A stretch of 64,000 nucleotides of DNA from Octopus vulgaris. Its lineage: Eukaryota. Shown here in pieces: positions 53,630-64,000 of this stretch; within the stretch, counting starts at the first letter, position 1; every line of letters begins with the position of its first letter. The position numbers and the translations under genes were made by a program. Under the pieces are notes generated by a model. The model worked only from the letters and a program-made list of their open reading frames with translations. It was not told where the DNA came from and searched no databases. The DNA lies in assembly GCA_951406725.2 (NCBI GenBank), contig OX597818.1, forward strand, positions 134,416,001 through 134,480,000, in the 5' to 3' direction.

Positions 53630-56070
53630 CTGACGCAGAGTATGATCAAAGCTTACTAAAAAAAAAAGCTAGCTTCTCATCCGCATCTCTACGCAAGCTT
53701 CAATGGTTTTTGCGAGAACATAGTTTGTACAATCTTTCGCGGGTAGGAAGGAGGCAGGACATTTGATCGTAGTATCTTATAACTATGTTTTAGTTATAGG
53801 CGCAGGCGTGGTTGTGCGGTAAGAAGCTTGCTTCCCAAACACATGTTTCCAGGTTCAGTCCCACTGCGTGGCACCTTGGGCAAATGTCTCTTACTATAGC
53901 CTCGTGTCGACCAAAGCCTTGTGAATGAATTTGGTAGACGGAAACTGAAAGAAGTCCGTCGTATATATGCGTGCGCGCGCGTGTGTGTGTATGTATGTAT
54001 GTATGTATGTATGTATGTATGTGTGTGTCTGTGTTTGTCCCTCCATCATCGCTTGACAACCGATGTTGGTGTGTTTACCTCTCCGTAACTTAGCAGTTCT
54101 GTAAAAGAGACCGATAGAATAAGTACTAGGCTTACAAATAATAAGTCCTAGGCTCGATATGTTCGACTAATGACGGTGCTCCAGCATGACCGCAGTCAAA
54201 TGACTGAAACAAGTAAAATAATAAAAGGAATAAAATCACACAGATTGTAGTTTAACATTTGTTACTAGGCTGTTCTACATTCAGGGAAATATTGCTTATA
54301 ATTTAAAGCCTTGTTATTAAACTTTTGAAAATAGTGACACTAGCCTGATAGGTGACATGTTGGGTGTGGGTGGGGTGAATAACAGAGATGGGGGATGGAA
54401 TGATGGTCGGAATTTGATAAGTTCAGAACTTAAGGTTAGTTTTTTCATTTTTTCATTAAAGACTGCTGTTTTTGCTGTGCAGACTTAATCGTGTGGAATA
54501 GATATATATCGTATCTTTATATATAAAAGTAAGGTTGTGTGCTGTCTGTCTCCTACGATTTAGATTCCTAACTACTCCCACATTTGCGGTGCAGTTTAAC
54601 CAAAACCGGGTATCTTATAGTCGTGATTCATATCGAGCCCTTCTGGATATTAGCGCGCGTCTACGATGAGTCTACGATTTAAAAAAAAAATTACCATCAA
54701 TTTTTCCCATATTTTATGCATTTTTGGCATATATAAGGGAAGTAACTCTCTAAAAATTTATTATTAAATCTCAGAACGTAAAACGCTACAGTAACACCCA
54801 CCCCCTTGTGGTTAGCCATATTGAGATGGCTATTATACTTAACATCTCTAAAAATGCTTATATAGTTATTTCCCTTACAAACCCGAGCAACGCCGGGCGA
54901 TACTGCTAGTATTATATATTATGGCATTTGTTTCAATTAGCTATTATACATTTTATTATGTTAATTAAGAAAATAATTACTCAATAAATAATTAAATTAA
55001 TAATTAAATTTAGAAAATATTAACTATGCCGTAATAATTTGATAAAACTTGTATAATTTTAATTTATAAATACCTTGTAAGATACTCCTCTTAGCTGTTT
55101 ATGGCTGGCCAAGATCATCCTGCCCAGGGTGCGGCAGGACATCGACGTCTTGCTGGGGTTCAGCGTCTTGATCAGGCCGACAAAAGCGGGGGATTGCACT
55201 GCATACAGCGGTAGCATGTTGTCGACAAACAGGTCTACAATCCTTCTGTCCACCATAGACTGACGGACGCCAATGCCAGCAGTTTGGGCAATTGCCTCGC
55301 CAATGCTGGGCTGGCTTGCTTTCTTTGCATATAGCTGCGACGATTGGCTACTGGCACTGCTATCGGAAGATTGCCTGTGTTTTCCACGGAAAGAGCCAGC
55401 CTTGACCCTCTCCTCAAACTGGATGGCATGCGCTGAGTGTTTCCTCTTGACATGCGACCTCAAGTTGTAGGGGCTCGCCGCTTGTCCCTTGATGGAGGTC
55501 TCCTTGCACGGGCACATGACGCACCGGAAGTACAAGATTTTGGCGTTCCTCTTATCCCTTGACGTAAGGACAAAGTAGTCCTTCGGGTGGGGGCCACGGG
55601 TTCTGAGACTCCTTGCACTCAACCTGAGCGACCACTGTCTCACCCACAGCCGTTGCAGACTCCTCAACAGGCCTTTCATCTTCAGGCCGAACAAAAAAGT
55701 CTTCACCTTCCATAACGATAAGCGATAACTTGATAAGCTGATAACGTACACGGTTGTCGCTGACACTAAGACTGTCTGAAATGTGACAACGTCGTAAGTG
55801 AACACAACTCAAAACTGCAGAAATACACAATGTTCTTCAGTAGCTGCTGCTACGTCGACCAATCACGTCTTGTCACGTGTGCATGTAGTCAGCCAATAGC
55901 GTGCCTGGTGGATTCTTCGAGACACGCCCGCAACAGACAGGAACAGACGTATAAATTTTGTTAGCGGGCTTAAAGTTAGCTAAACTAAATTTAGCGAAAG
56001 CTAATTGGTCCGCTAAGTGTTTCTGAAGTGAGTGAAAACGCTAATCCGATAAAAGAAAATTAGCTCTTAG
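52380..56070 (-). mobile_element. Decayed hAT (Ac/Tol2-like) transposon with nested SINE C (52590-52820), SINE B (53799-54228) and a Helitron
   Basis: BED-type finger C..C...NLRSHVKRKH, DNMLPLYAVQSPAF, MTAHW, TTTDN and CAAHAFNL. Subterminal ttagc repeats near 55960-56070. TIRs not identified. Confidence 0.85.
54514..54909 (+). mobile_element. Non-autonomous Helitron, ~400 bp
   Basis: A|TC 5' end (tctttatatataaaag). 3' hairpin cccgagcaacgccggg plus CTAG|T. No TSD. Confidence 0.85.
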
Positions 56071-56629
56071 CCTTGAATGTATGCACTTGTTATTATGTGC
56101 ACGATGTGCAGGCCTTGCAACAATGACTGATATCAAGTACAAGTTTAAAGGTGGTTGAAAGCTTGAGACTAATGATAATTTAATGGGGAGTGTTACGGTA
56201 ACAACCAGAGTATTGTATGCCGAGTCCTGAAAAGAATTTCAGGCGCTTCAAAAGGTAGATGTCAGAAGGGGTGAGGTTTGATTGTCTATTTACAAGCCAT
56301 TATAAAGGCTGGGTTGAAAGAGAATCAGACAGAAAGAAGAGAGCACAGTTTAAACAAAGTTGTTTTTGTATTACAATGTCCTTTATAAAAATTTTAAAAA
56401 AACTATATGAACTTGTATACTACTGGTGCTTAAGTTCAACTCTGGTGAAGTAAAAAGAAGAGTAATAGGAGCAATAACAGTTACAATAATAATAACATTA
56501 ATTATACTCGTCATCGTCATCGTCATCATTTTTATTATTATTATTGTTTAGGCGGCGAGCTGGCAGATTTGTTAGCGCGCCGAACGAAATGCTTATAAGC
56601 AAAATAAAACTGATTAATATAACAGAACG

Positions 56630-56841
56630 GATGACACACGCAGTTTGTCGAGTGGTACCCGCGTGAGCGGAAAAGACCAGCCGGAAGACCTCCACGACGG
56701 TGGAGTGACGATTTCAAGAGGACGATTGGGATCACGTGGATGAGAAAGGCGCGATCCAGAGAGGAGTGGACAGCGTGCTGTGACCAGCGGTGTCAAATGG
56801 ACGCCTGACGGACTGGTCGGTCAAAGTGAAATTCAAAGTGA
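56630..56841 (+). mobile_element. RTE-type LINE 3' fragment
   Basis: EWYPRERKRPAGRPPRRWSDDF..TWMRKARSREEW. TSD ataacagaacg. Confidence 0.75.
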
Positions 56842-57520
56842 ATAACAGAACGTGAAGATAACCAAAACCCTATTCTCAATGAATAAAGAAACAATAAATA
56901 CTAGAGGCATAAGGCCTGAAGTTTTGTAGGGAGGAAGATAGTCGATTGCATTGACCTCAGTAATCGACTGGTACTCATTCTGGGTGAATGGGGGGCGGTT
57001 GGGGGGGATATTTATTTATTTATTTATTGTTTGTGTTTTTCTTCATAAGTTTGTGAAGAGAGGAAATACAGTGTCGACGTCTTCCGCGGATTCCCCACCC
57101 AGACCAGTGTAATTGGTGTGGTTAATGTACAGCCTGAACAATTGTAGATCAATCTCTCAAAGACTAATTTGATTGATGTGATTGGTGTTCAGTCTGAACA
57201 TCCGCAAGTCAATCTTCAGTGAACAGCAGAAGCACATTTGACTGAGAGGAATGCCGAGACACAAGTGGAGCGGGTTTAGTGTGGGTCACGCCTGGTTATG
57301 TTGGCTGCTAAATGCGTGTCGTGAGCTCAGTGTGGGTCATTCGGGTCGCCTTTGGTTCCAAAGCTAGCTTTGATGTGCAGACGGCCTCTATGAGAATACT
57401 TTCGGTTTTCAGAGCTTATCTGTTTCCGTAATTTCGGATAAGAGATTGTGTGGATGTAACAGTCAGATCCTGATCTATTGTTACACTTGGCGACAGCATG
57501 TGTGTCTCAGATACCGATGT

Positions 57521-58008
57521 TTTACTCTTTTACTCTTTTACTTGTTTTAGTCATTTGACTGCGGCCATGCTGGAGCACCGCCTTTAGTCGAGCAAATCGA
57601 CTCCGGGACTTATTCTTTGTAAGCCCAGTACTTATTCTGTCGGTCTCTTTTTGCCGAACCGCTAAGTGACGGGGACGTAAACACACCAGCATCGGTTGTC
57701 AAGCAATGCTAGGGGGACAAACACAGACAAACACACACACATATATATATATACATATATACGACAGGCTTCTTTCAGTTTCCGACTACCAAATCCACTC
57801 ACAAGGCATTGGTCGGCCCGGGGCTATAGCAGAAGACACAGACAAACACACACATATATATATATACATATATACGACAGGCTTCTTTCAGTTTCCGTCT
57901 ACCAAATCCACTCACAAGGCATTGGTCGGCCCGGGGCTATAGCAGAAGACACTTGCCCAACCATGTGGTTGGTTAGCAAGCTACTTACCACACAGCCACT
58001 CCTGCGCC
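57521..58008 (-). mobile_element. SINE family B with an internal ~115-bp duplication
   Basis: 57721-57836 is repeated at 57837-57950. Confidence 0.9.
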
Positions 58009-58394
58009 TATATGTTTGTGTATGTTTGTTTATTGTAATCTTTGTACAGTTCTCACATTTGGGAATAAAATTGTAATCATCAGCCCCTTCTCTTACAGTC
58101 AACAAATATTACCCTTGTCGACGAAATTGTTTCGTCGTGAAATAATCCAGCTCAAATTGGAGTTCGTTCCATGATTGCATTCTGCGTGCTTGTTTCCTAT
58201 GTCTACTCTGTAAATGCGATTAAAAGGCGTTGTCTTTGAGAATGAATGCAATATAGCCACAATATTTGAATCGATTGCATTCCCTTGTTTTTACTTTTCT
58301 CTGGAAACGATATTAATAAGTAACATGTGTATGCATGTGCGCGTGGGCGTGAGACACAGAGAGAAAGAGTACATATATATATATATATATATAT

Positions 58395-58674
58395 CACCGT
58401 GATCACCGTGATCGACCAGGCTATCAGATGTTGCTACACAATGCGCTTCGCATTGTTTTAGCCTTCAAATGACGCCACCCTGTTGGCTAAGCGAGCAGGC
58501 CAACAGAAGAAAGAGTGAGAGAAAGTTGTAGCGAAAGAGTACAGCAGGGATCGCCACCACCCTCTGCCGGAGACTCGTGGAGCTTTGGGTGTTTTCGCTC
58601 AATAAACACTGGGAATCGAAACCGCGATCCTACGACCGCGAGTCCGCTGCCCTAACCATTGGGCCATTGCGCCT

Positions 58675-58678
<4 letters not shown>
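58395..58678 (-). mobile_element. SINE A-related element with a different 3' tail
   Basis: Head and body match family A down to gaaagagtgagagaaagttg, then the sequence is unrelated. Confidence 0.7.
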
Positions 58679-58755
<77 letters not shown>

Positions 58756-58765
58756 CATATATATG

Positions 58766-58801
<36 letters not shown>

Positions 58802-59803
58802 TGGGTGGGTGGGTGGGTGTGTAATGAATAGCTTCCTAGAATCTAAACCAGGATTCGAAACCGAATCTACATATTACTACCAGTTCTTTTCCTATTGTTC
58901 TTGGTTTTTGCACTTAGATATTAACGAGTGTCAATTGTCACTCTTAAGTCCTATTGTTGAAGTTAAGATTCTTAGAATAAGAAACGGAAAATCCTTTCTC
59001 TAGCCTGACCTAATTTTCTTACTGGTTTTTGTTTGTTTTTTTACTAGTTTCAGCTAGTTTTACTAGTTTCACCACAGCTAAAAAGAAAGAAATTTCTTAG
59101 AATAATCTCCATTCTCTTAACACAAAGGCTACTTGCATCAGTCTGTGCTTTAATGAAGATACTAACCAACACCTCCCAGTTACGCCAAATGGTGTCATTG
59201 CATCAAAGAGTGATAGCAGAAAGGTTCGTTGCGATTCCTTAAATTTGTAATTTCTTCACTTGGTCTGAGGACTTTCCCTCTAGTGATAATGAGATAGGTT
59301 CATCACCGTTTGTAACTCGAATCAAAATCGCTTCTATCTCTTTGGTCACTTGGTGCCTTGCTAAAAAGCATTTATTTCTCTCTCTCTCTTCACTTATGGA
59401 TTGTCATCGCGCAACAATACAACTTTCACTCTAGCTACTTATCAGCCCAGAGAAGTAAACTCTCTCTCCACTCTTTCTCTCCTTTTTTCATCATTCTTTT
59501 AGTTGTCAACTAAAGATGAAATTAACTACCTACAGAATGCACAGCAGAATCATTGTACTACAACTTACATTGTATTGTAAGATACAAGAAGTTGTATCTT
59601 ACATTGTAACGATATGATAAAGGGCCATTTCAGTTAATGGTAATAATTTTCAGATCAATTTGGTTTGGCTGCCAGCATTTCAAAAATTAAAGTTTTTCCG
59701 AAAATTTAAAAATTCGGCACAATAATTTACTTTTCCAAGCTGAATTGCTGGAGTTATTTCACTTTTTCCAGAAAAATATTTTGAAAAAGTTATAGAGGTT
59801 TAA

Positions 59804-60024
59804 CCCTTTAGTGTTTGCATTATTCTACCAAAATTAATGCTTTTTCATCCACTTTGTTTTGAACTAATCATGCATTATCTTGTAGTTTTGAGATTTTGAT
59901 GAGGTAGCTGTTAATTTTTAAAACGATATTGTAGGGCTGGTGTGAGAGACCAGATCTGGCCAGTTTGAACATAAAACAGGCAGAATACTTTTGGCCGGAT
60001 ATGGCCAGTTTAAATGCTAATGGG
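59804..60024. mobile_element. piggyBac-like MITE
   Basis: TTAA|ccctttagtgttt ... aaatgctaatggg|TTAA. Confidence 0.65.
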
Positions 60025-60467
60025 TTAAAGTTTGATCGTTTTCACCCATTCAAGAAACAGGATTTAGAAGCTGTCATTTTGTGCGGTGACTGCACATTTT
60101 GTCGTCAGTATCCTGAAAATAGAACGTGTTGTAAACAACACGTGTTTCATTGTTTGAAGCATTCAATAGGCATTTAATGCGATGGCACGAACTTAAGAAA
60201 TTTATCCCAAAATCGTTATTTCGATATTATTTTTAGCACACCTCACAACCACCTCAATGACAACAAAATACGAGTAAACAAGTAGTTTTAAGCATTCAAT
60301 ATACATTTAATGCAAATGCGATGAACAACACGTTACAAATTAAATACAATTCTAAAAAAAAAAAACATTTTGTTGACCAGTTCATATGATCAATTGTCAA
60401 CAGAAAGGTAAAATAAGTGGTTTCAATATATTTGTCAACACGTGCTTTCTCGCAGACAAAAGAGTTC

Positions 60468-61131
60468 GGATCTTTTCCTTTTGAACGGCAGTTTGTAACA
60501 TAATTTCAAGGTAACTAAAAAAGTTTTAAACTTCGTATACTGGTAGAATGTGTTTATAAAACATCATTTTCTCTTGGTTTTATTGAGAAAATGCTATAGT
60601 TTGTAAGATATTTCGTCTGAAAATCCGAGCATTTCGGCAATTTTAACCAATCGATTACCTCCATTGAACTAAAATCATTTGCTGCGTCTAAAACCGAGAC
60701 AACATCCTGTAACTAACCCTAAACCTCCCCCTAACCCTAACCCAAATTTTTTTTTTTCTTAATTGTTAAATTAATTTAATTGTTACGCGTGTAAAAAAAT
60801 TAAAGCAATGGGAAATGATTTAAACAAAGAAAATAATTCTATAATTTTATACACACGCTTTCCGTACGTATACGGAAAGCGTGTGTTACGGAAAGCGTGT
60901 GTATAAAATTATAGAATTATTTTGTTTGTTAATTGCTTAAATTAACGCAGAAAATGATTTTAGCTCAAAAGAGAGCATAGGATTGGTTAAAATTCGTTAA
61001 ACAAAAAAATTACAATTTTCTCAAGAAAGCCAAGAGAAAAAATGTTTTATTTTGACACATTCTACCAGTATACGAAGTTTTAAAGTGTTAAGTTAACTAG
61101 AAATTGTTTTCCGTTCAAAAGGAAAAGATCA
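60468..61131. mobile_element. Long-TIR MITE (GGATC termini, 8-9 bp TSD; Merlin-like)
   Basis: ggatcttttccttttgaacgg / ccgttcaaaaggaaaagatc with TSD (a)aagagttc. Internal palindrome and CCCTAA repeats. Confidence 0.8.
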
Positions 61132-61238
61132 AAGAGTTCTCATGTTCTGCTCGTTACTATGGAAGCAGGCATGAATGTGATTGTGGCTTACGACTAGCGA
61201 AAATTACCAAAATTTTCAAAATTTATTTGCTAATAATA

Positions 61239-61403
61239 GGCGCAGGAGTGGCTGTGTGGTAAGTAGCTTGCTAACCAACCACATGGTTCCGGGTTCAGTC
61301 CCACTGCGTGGCAACTTGGGCAAGTGTCTTCTGCTATAGCCCCGGGCCGACCAATGCCTTGTGAGTGGATTTGGTAGACGGAAACTGAAAGAAGCCTGTC
61401 GTA

Positions 61404-61475
<72 letters not shown>

Positions 61476-61693
61476 TGTGTGTGTATATGTTTGTGTGTCT
61501 GTGTTTGTCCCCCTAGCACTGCTTGACAACCGATGCTGGTGTGTTTACGTCCCCGTTACTTAGCGGTTCGGCAAAACAGACCGATAGAATAAGTACTGGG
61601 CTTACAAAGAATAAGTCCCGGGGTCGAGTTGCTCGACTAAAGGCGGTGCTCCAGCATGGCCGCAGTCAAATGACTGAAACAAGTAAAAGAGTA
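61239..61693 (+). mobile_element. SINE family B
   Basis: Full-length copy. Confidence 0.9.
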
Positions 61694-61893
61694 AATAGTA
61701 ATAATTCTCTATTTATTGATTTATAAAGAAAATGATTTTCACGTCATTGAATTGCGAATAAAAGTGTATCCATTACACTGAATCTGAAATCAATTCGAAC
61801 AGAATTGATGCTGGCAGCCAAACCGATTAGATCCTAATTCTCTTCTCTCATTTATTTGCCACATTTAATTCGTTACAAACACACCCATATACA

Positions 61894-61970
<77 letters not shown>

Positions 61971-62249
61971 GAGAGAGAGAGAGAGACTAAGATCATTAGG
62001 ACGAGCGGACAGATTTCTTTTCAGTAAATGTTTCGGCTCTCTGCATTCTGAGTTCAAATTCCGCCGAGGTCGATTTTGCCTTTCATGCTTCCAGGAGAAT
62101 ATAGATAAATTGCTGGTCGTCGACTGGAGTCGATACTTCTCTTTCCTTCTGGTTTTTCCTCTTCTGAAAGAATTCAGCTGTGATTAGATCCGAAGAGGGA
62201 CAGACCCCGAATTTATATGTCTCGATGCCCCCTATTACGATTCTATCAG

Positions 62250-62627
62250 TGGAAGCACTCCGTCGGTTACGACGACGAGGGTTCCGGTTGATCCGAATCA
62301 ACAGAACAGCCTGCTCGTGAAATTAACGTGTAAGTGGCTGAGCACTCCACAGACACGTGTACCCTTAACGTAGTACTCGGGGATATTCAGCGTGACACAG
62401 AGAGTGACAAGGCCGGCCCCTTGAAATACAGGTACAACAGAAACAGGAAGTAAGAGTGAGAGAAAGTTGTGGTGAAAGAGTACAGCAGGGATCACCACCA
62501 TCCCCTGTCGGAGCCTCGTGGAGCTTTTAGGTGTTTTCGCTCAATAAACACTCACAACGCCCGGTCTGGGAATCGAAACCGCGATCCTCTGACCGCGAGT
62601 CCGCTGCCCTAACCACTAAGCCATTGC
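62250..62627 (-). mobile_element. SINE family A
   Basis: Near full-length copy. Confidence 0.9.
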
Positions 62628-62963
62628 TGCTGTGTTGTCTCCCTGCCGGGTTTTACTCCGTCGGGTCCGTGGCTCTCTCTCTCTAGTTCCCTTCAGCTCA
62701 CTGTTTCTGTCAGCCTACGGAGCACTGGCATTTATAGTGGCCCGTTCCAGCTAGAAGGATGGATATACCATGATAAGAGTAGCCTATACACATTTAGGTC
62801 ACTTGCTGTCCATTTGAACTTTCCGTGACACAGCCAGGTCGGAGATCAAGTGGAAACACATCAATCAGTGTTCCTTTTCACAAAACATTTTCCCGATTGC
62901 TTTGACACGAGAGAATTTTTGGATTCGATTTCGAATCTCAGCCAGGAAGAGAAATTCAGTTTC

Positions 62964-63368
62964 TACTCTTTTACTTGTTTCAGTCATTTGACTGCGGCCA
63001 TGCTGGAGCACCGCCTTTAGTCGAGCAAATCGACCCCGGGACTTATTCTTTGTAAGCCCAGTACTTATTCTATCGGTCTCTTTTGCCGAACCGCTAAGTG
63101 ACGGGGACGTAAACACACCAGCATCAGTTGTCAAGCAATGCTAGGGAGACAAACACAGACACACAAACATATACACACACACTTATATATATATATACAT
63201 ATATACGATAGGCTTCTTTCAGTTTCCGTCTACCAAATCCACTCACAAGGCATTGGTCGGCCCGGGGCTATAGCAGAAGACACTTGCCCAAGATGCCACG
63301 CAGTGGGACTGAACCCGGAACCATGTGGTTGGTTAGCAAGCTACTTACCACACAGCCACTCCTGCGCC
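62964..63368 (-). mobile_element. SINE family B
   Basis: Full-length copy. Confidence 0.9.
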
Positions 63369-63416
63369 TACATATATAATTTTTTTCTTTTTATCAACAG
63401 TTCGTTCAGTCAGTGT

Positions 63417-63834
63417 GGATCTTTTCGGTTTGAACAGCAGTTTTTTCTAGCGGTGTCATATGAAATTGTCACCCATAATTATGACCCTAGTATCGATCTA
63501 TTGCATTTCAATCTGTTTTAGGGTTAGGGTTAGGGTTAGGGGTGGGTGGAAGGGTATCTTTTTTCTTCACAAATGTAAATAAACCCAATCTGTTTCTTAA
63601 ACGAGGCACATATTCATACGGCACAGAATGGTTTTTGACTCAATAGACGTCAGTGATTGGTTGAAATTGCAGAAATTGAAGGAGAAAAACAACAAACATC
63701 TTACAAACTATAGAATTTTCTCAATAAAGTCAAGAGAAAAAGATGTTTATAAACACATTCTACCAGTATACGAAGTTTAAAATTTTAGTTACATAGAAAT
63801 TATGTTAAAACTGCCGTTCAAACCGAAAAGATCC
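63417..63834. mobile_element. Long-TIR MITE related to 60468-61131
   Basis: ggatcttttcggtttgaac / gttcaaaccgaaaagatcc, 8-bp TSD gtcagtgt, internal (TTAGGG)4. Confidence 0.85.
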
Positions 63835-64000
63835 GTCAGTGTAGTCTCTATCAAAAGCAATGCATTTGCATTTTCGGGTGTACACTTCTTTACGGTCAAT
63901 TTTCATCTTGTCTAAATTATCAAGTCATTGTCTCTGAAGGCTGTTCTTGATCGAACCGAGCAGACTGAAGTCAGACGATACTAGATCCGGGTCGTACATT

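Noticed and set aside
52881-55805. Intact or domesticated hAT-derived host gene
   Set aside because: It has frameshifts, and SINE C is inserted (15-bp TSD agaatgctgtatgcc) within the transposase coding region.
63518-63541. True telomere or chromosome fusion site
   Set aside because: There are only four repeats, and they lie inside a TIR/TSD-bounded MITE.

Overview
Eukaryotic, AT-rich and dense in microsatellites and SINEs. The repeat repertoire looks like a coleoid cephalopod such as Octopus (inference). One host gene can be reconstructed: a minus-strand, intron-rich, secreted GH18 chitinase-family gene with 8 phase-consistent coding exons from 41518 to 9376 (402 codons + 2 nt). Its terminal exon and 5' non-coding exon were not located with confidence. 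The catalytic motif DxxDxDxE reads FDGLDICWIF, so it is predicted to be a non-hydrolytic chitinase-like protein. The rest is mobile DNA: four tRNA-derived SINE families, two decayed Tx1/L1-type LINEs, R4/Dong-type fragments in (TAA)n, CR1 and RTE fragments, Helitrons, a hAT transposase, Tc1/mariner and pogo remnants, and MITEs. There are also Penelope-type fragments with minimal hammerhead ribozyme motifs. The most unusual items are a tRNA-headed (Pol III) element carrying a hammerhead and arranged as inverted dimers, inverted SINEs tightly bracketing the pseudo-active-site exon, and a SINE tail shared with the Tx1-like LINE. Most ORFs in the supplied track are artefacts of SINEs or microsatellites.
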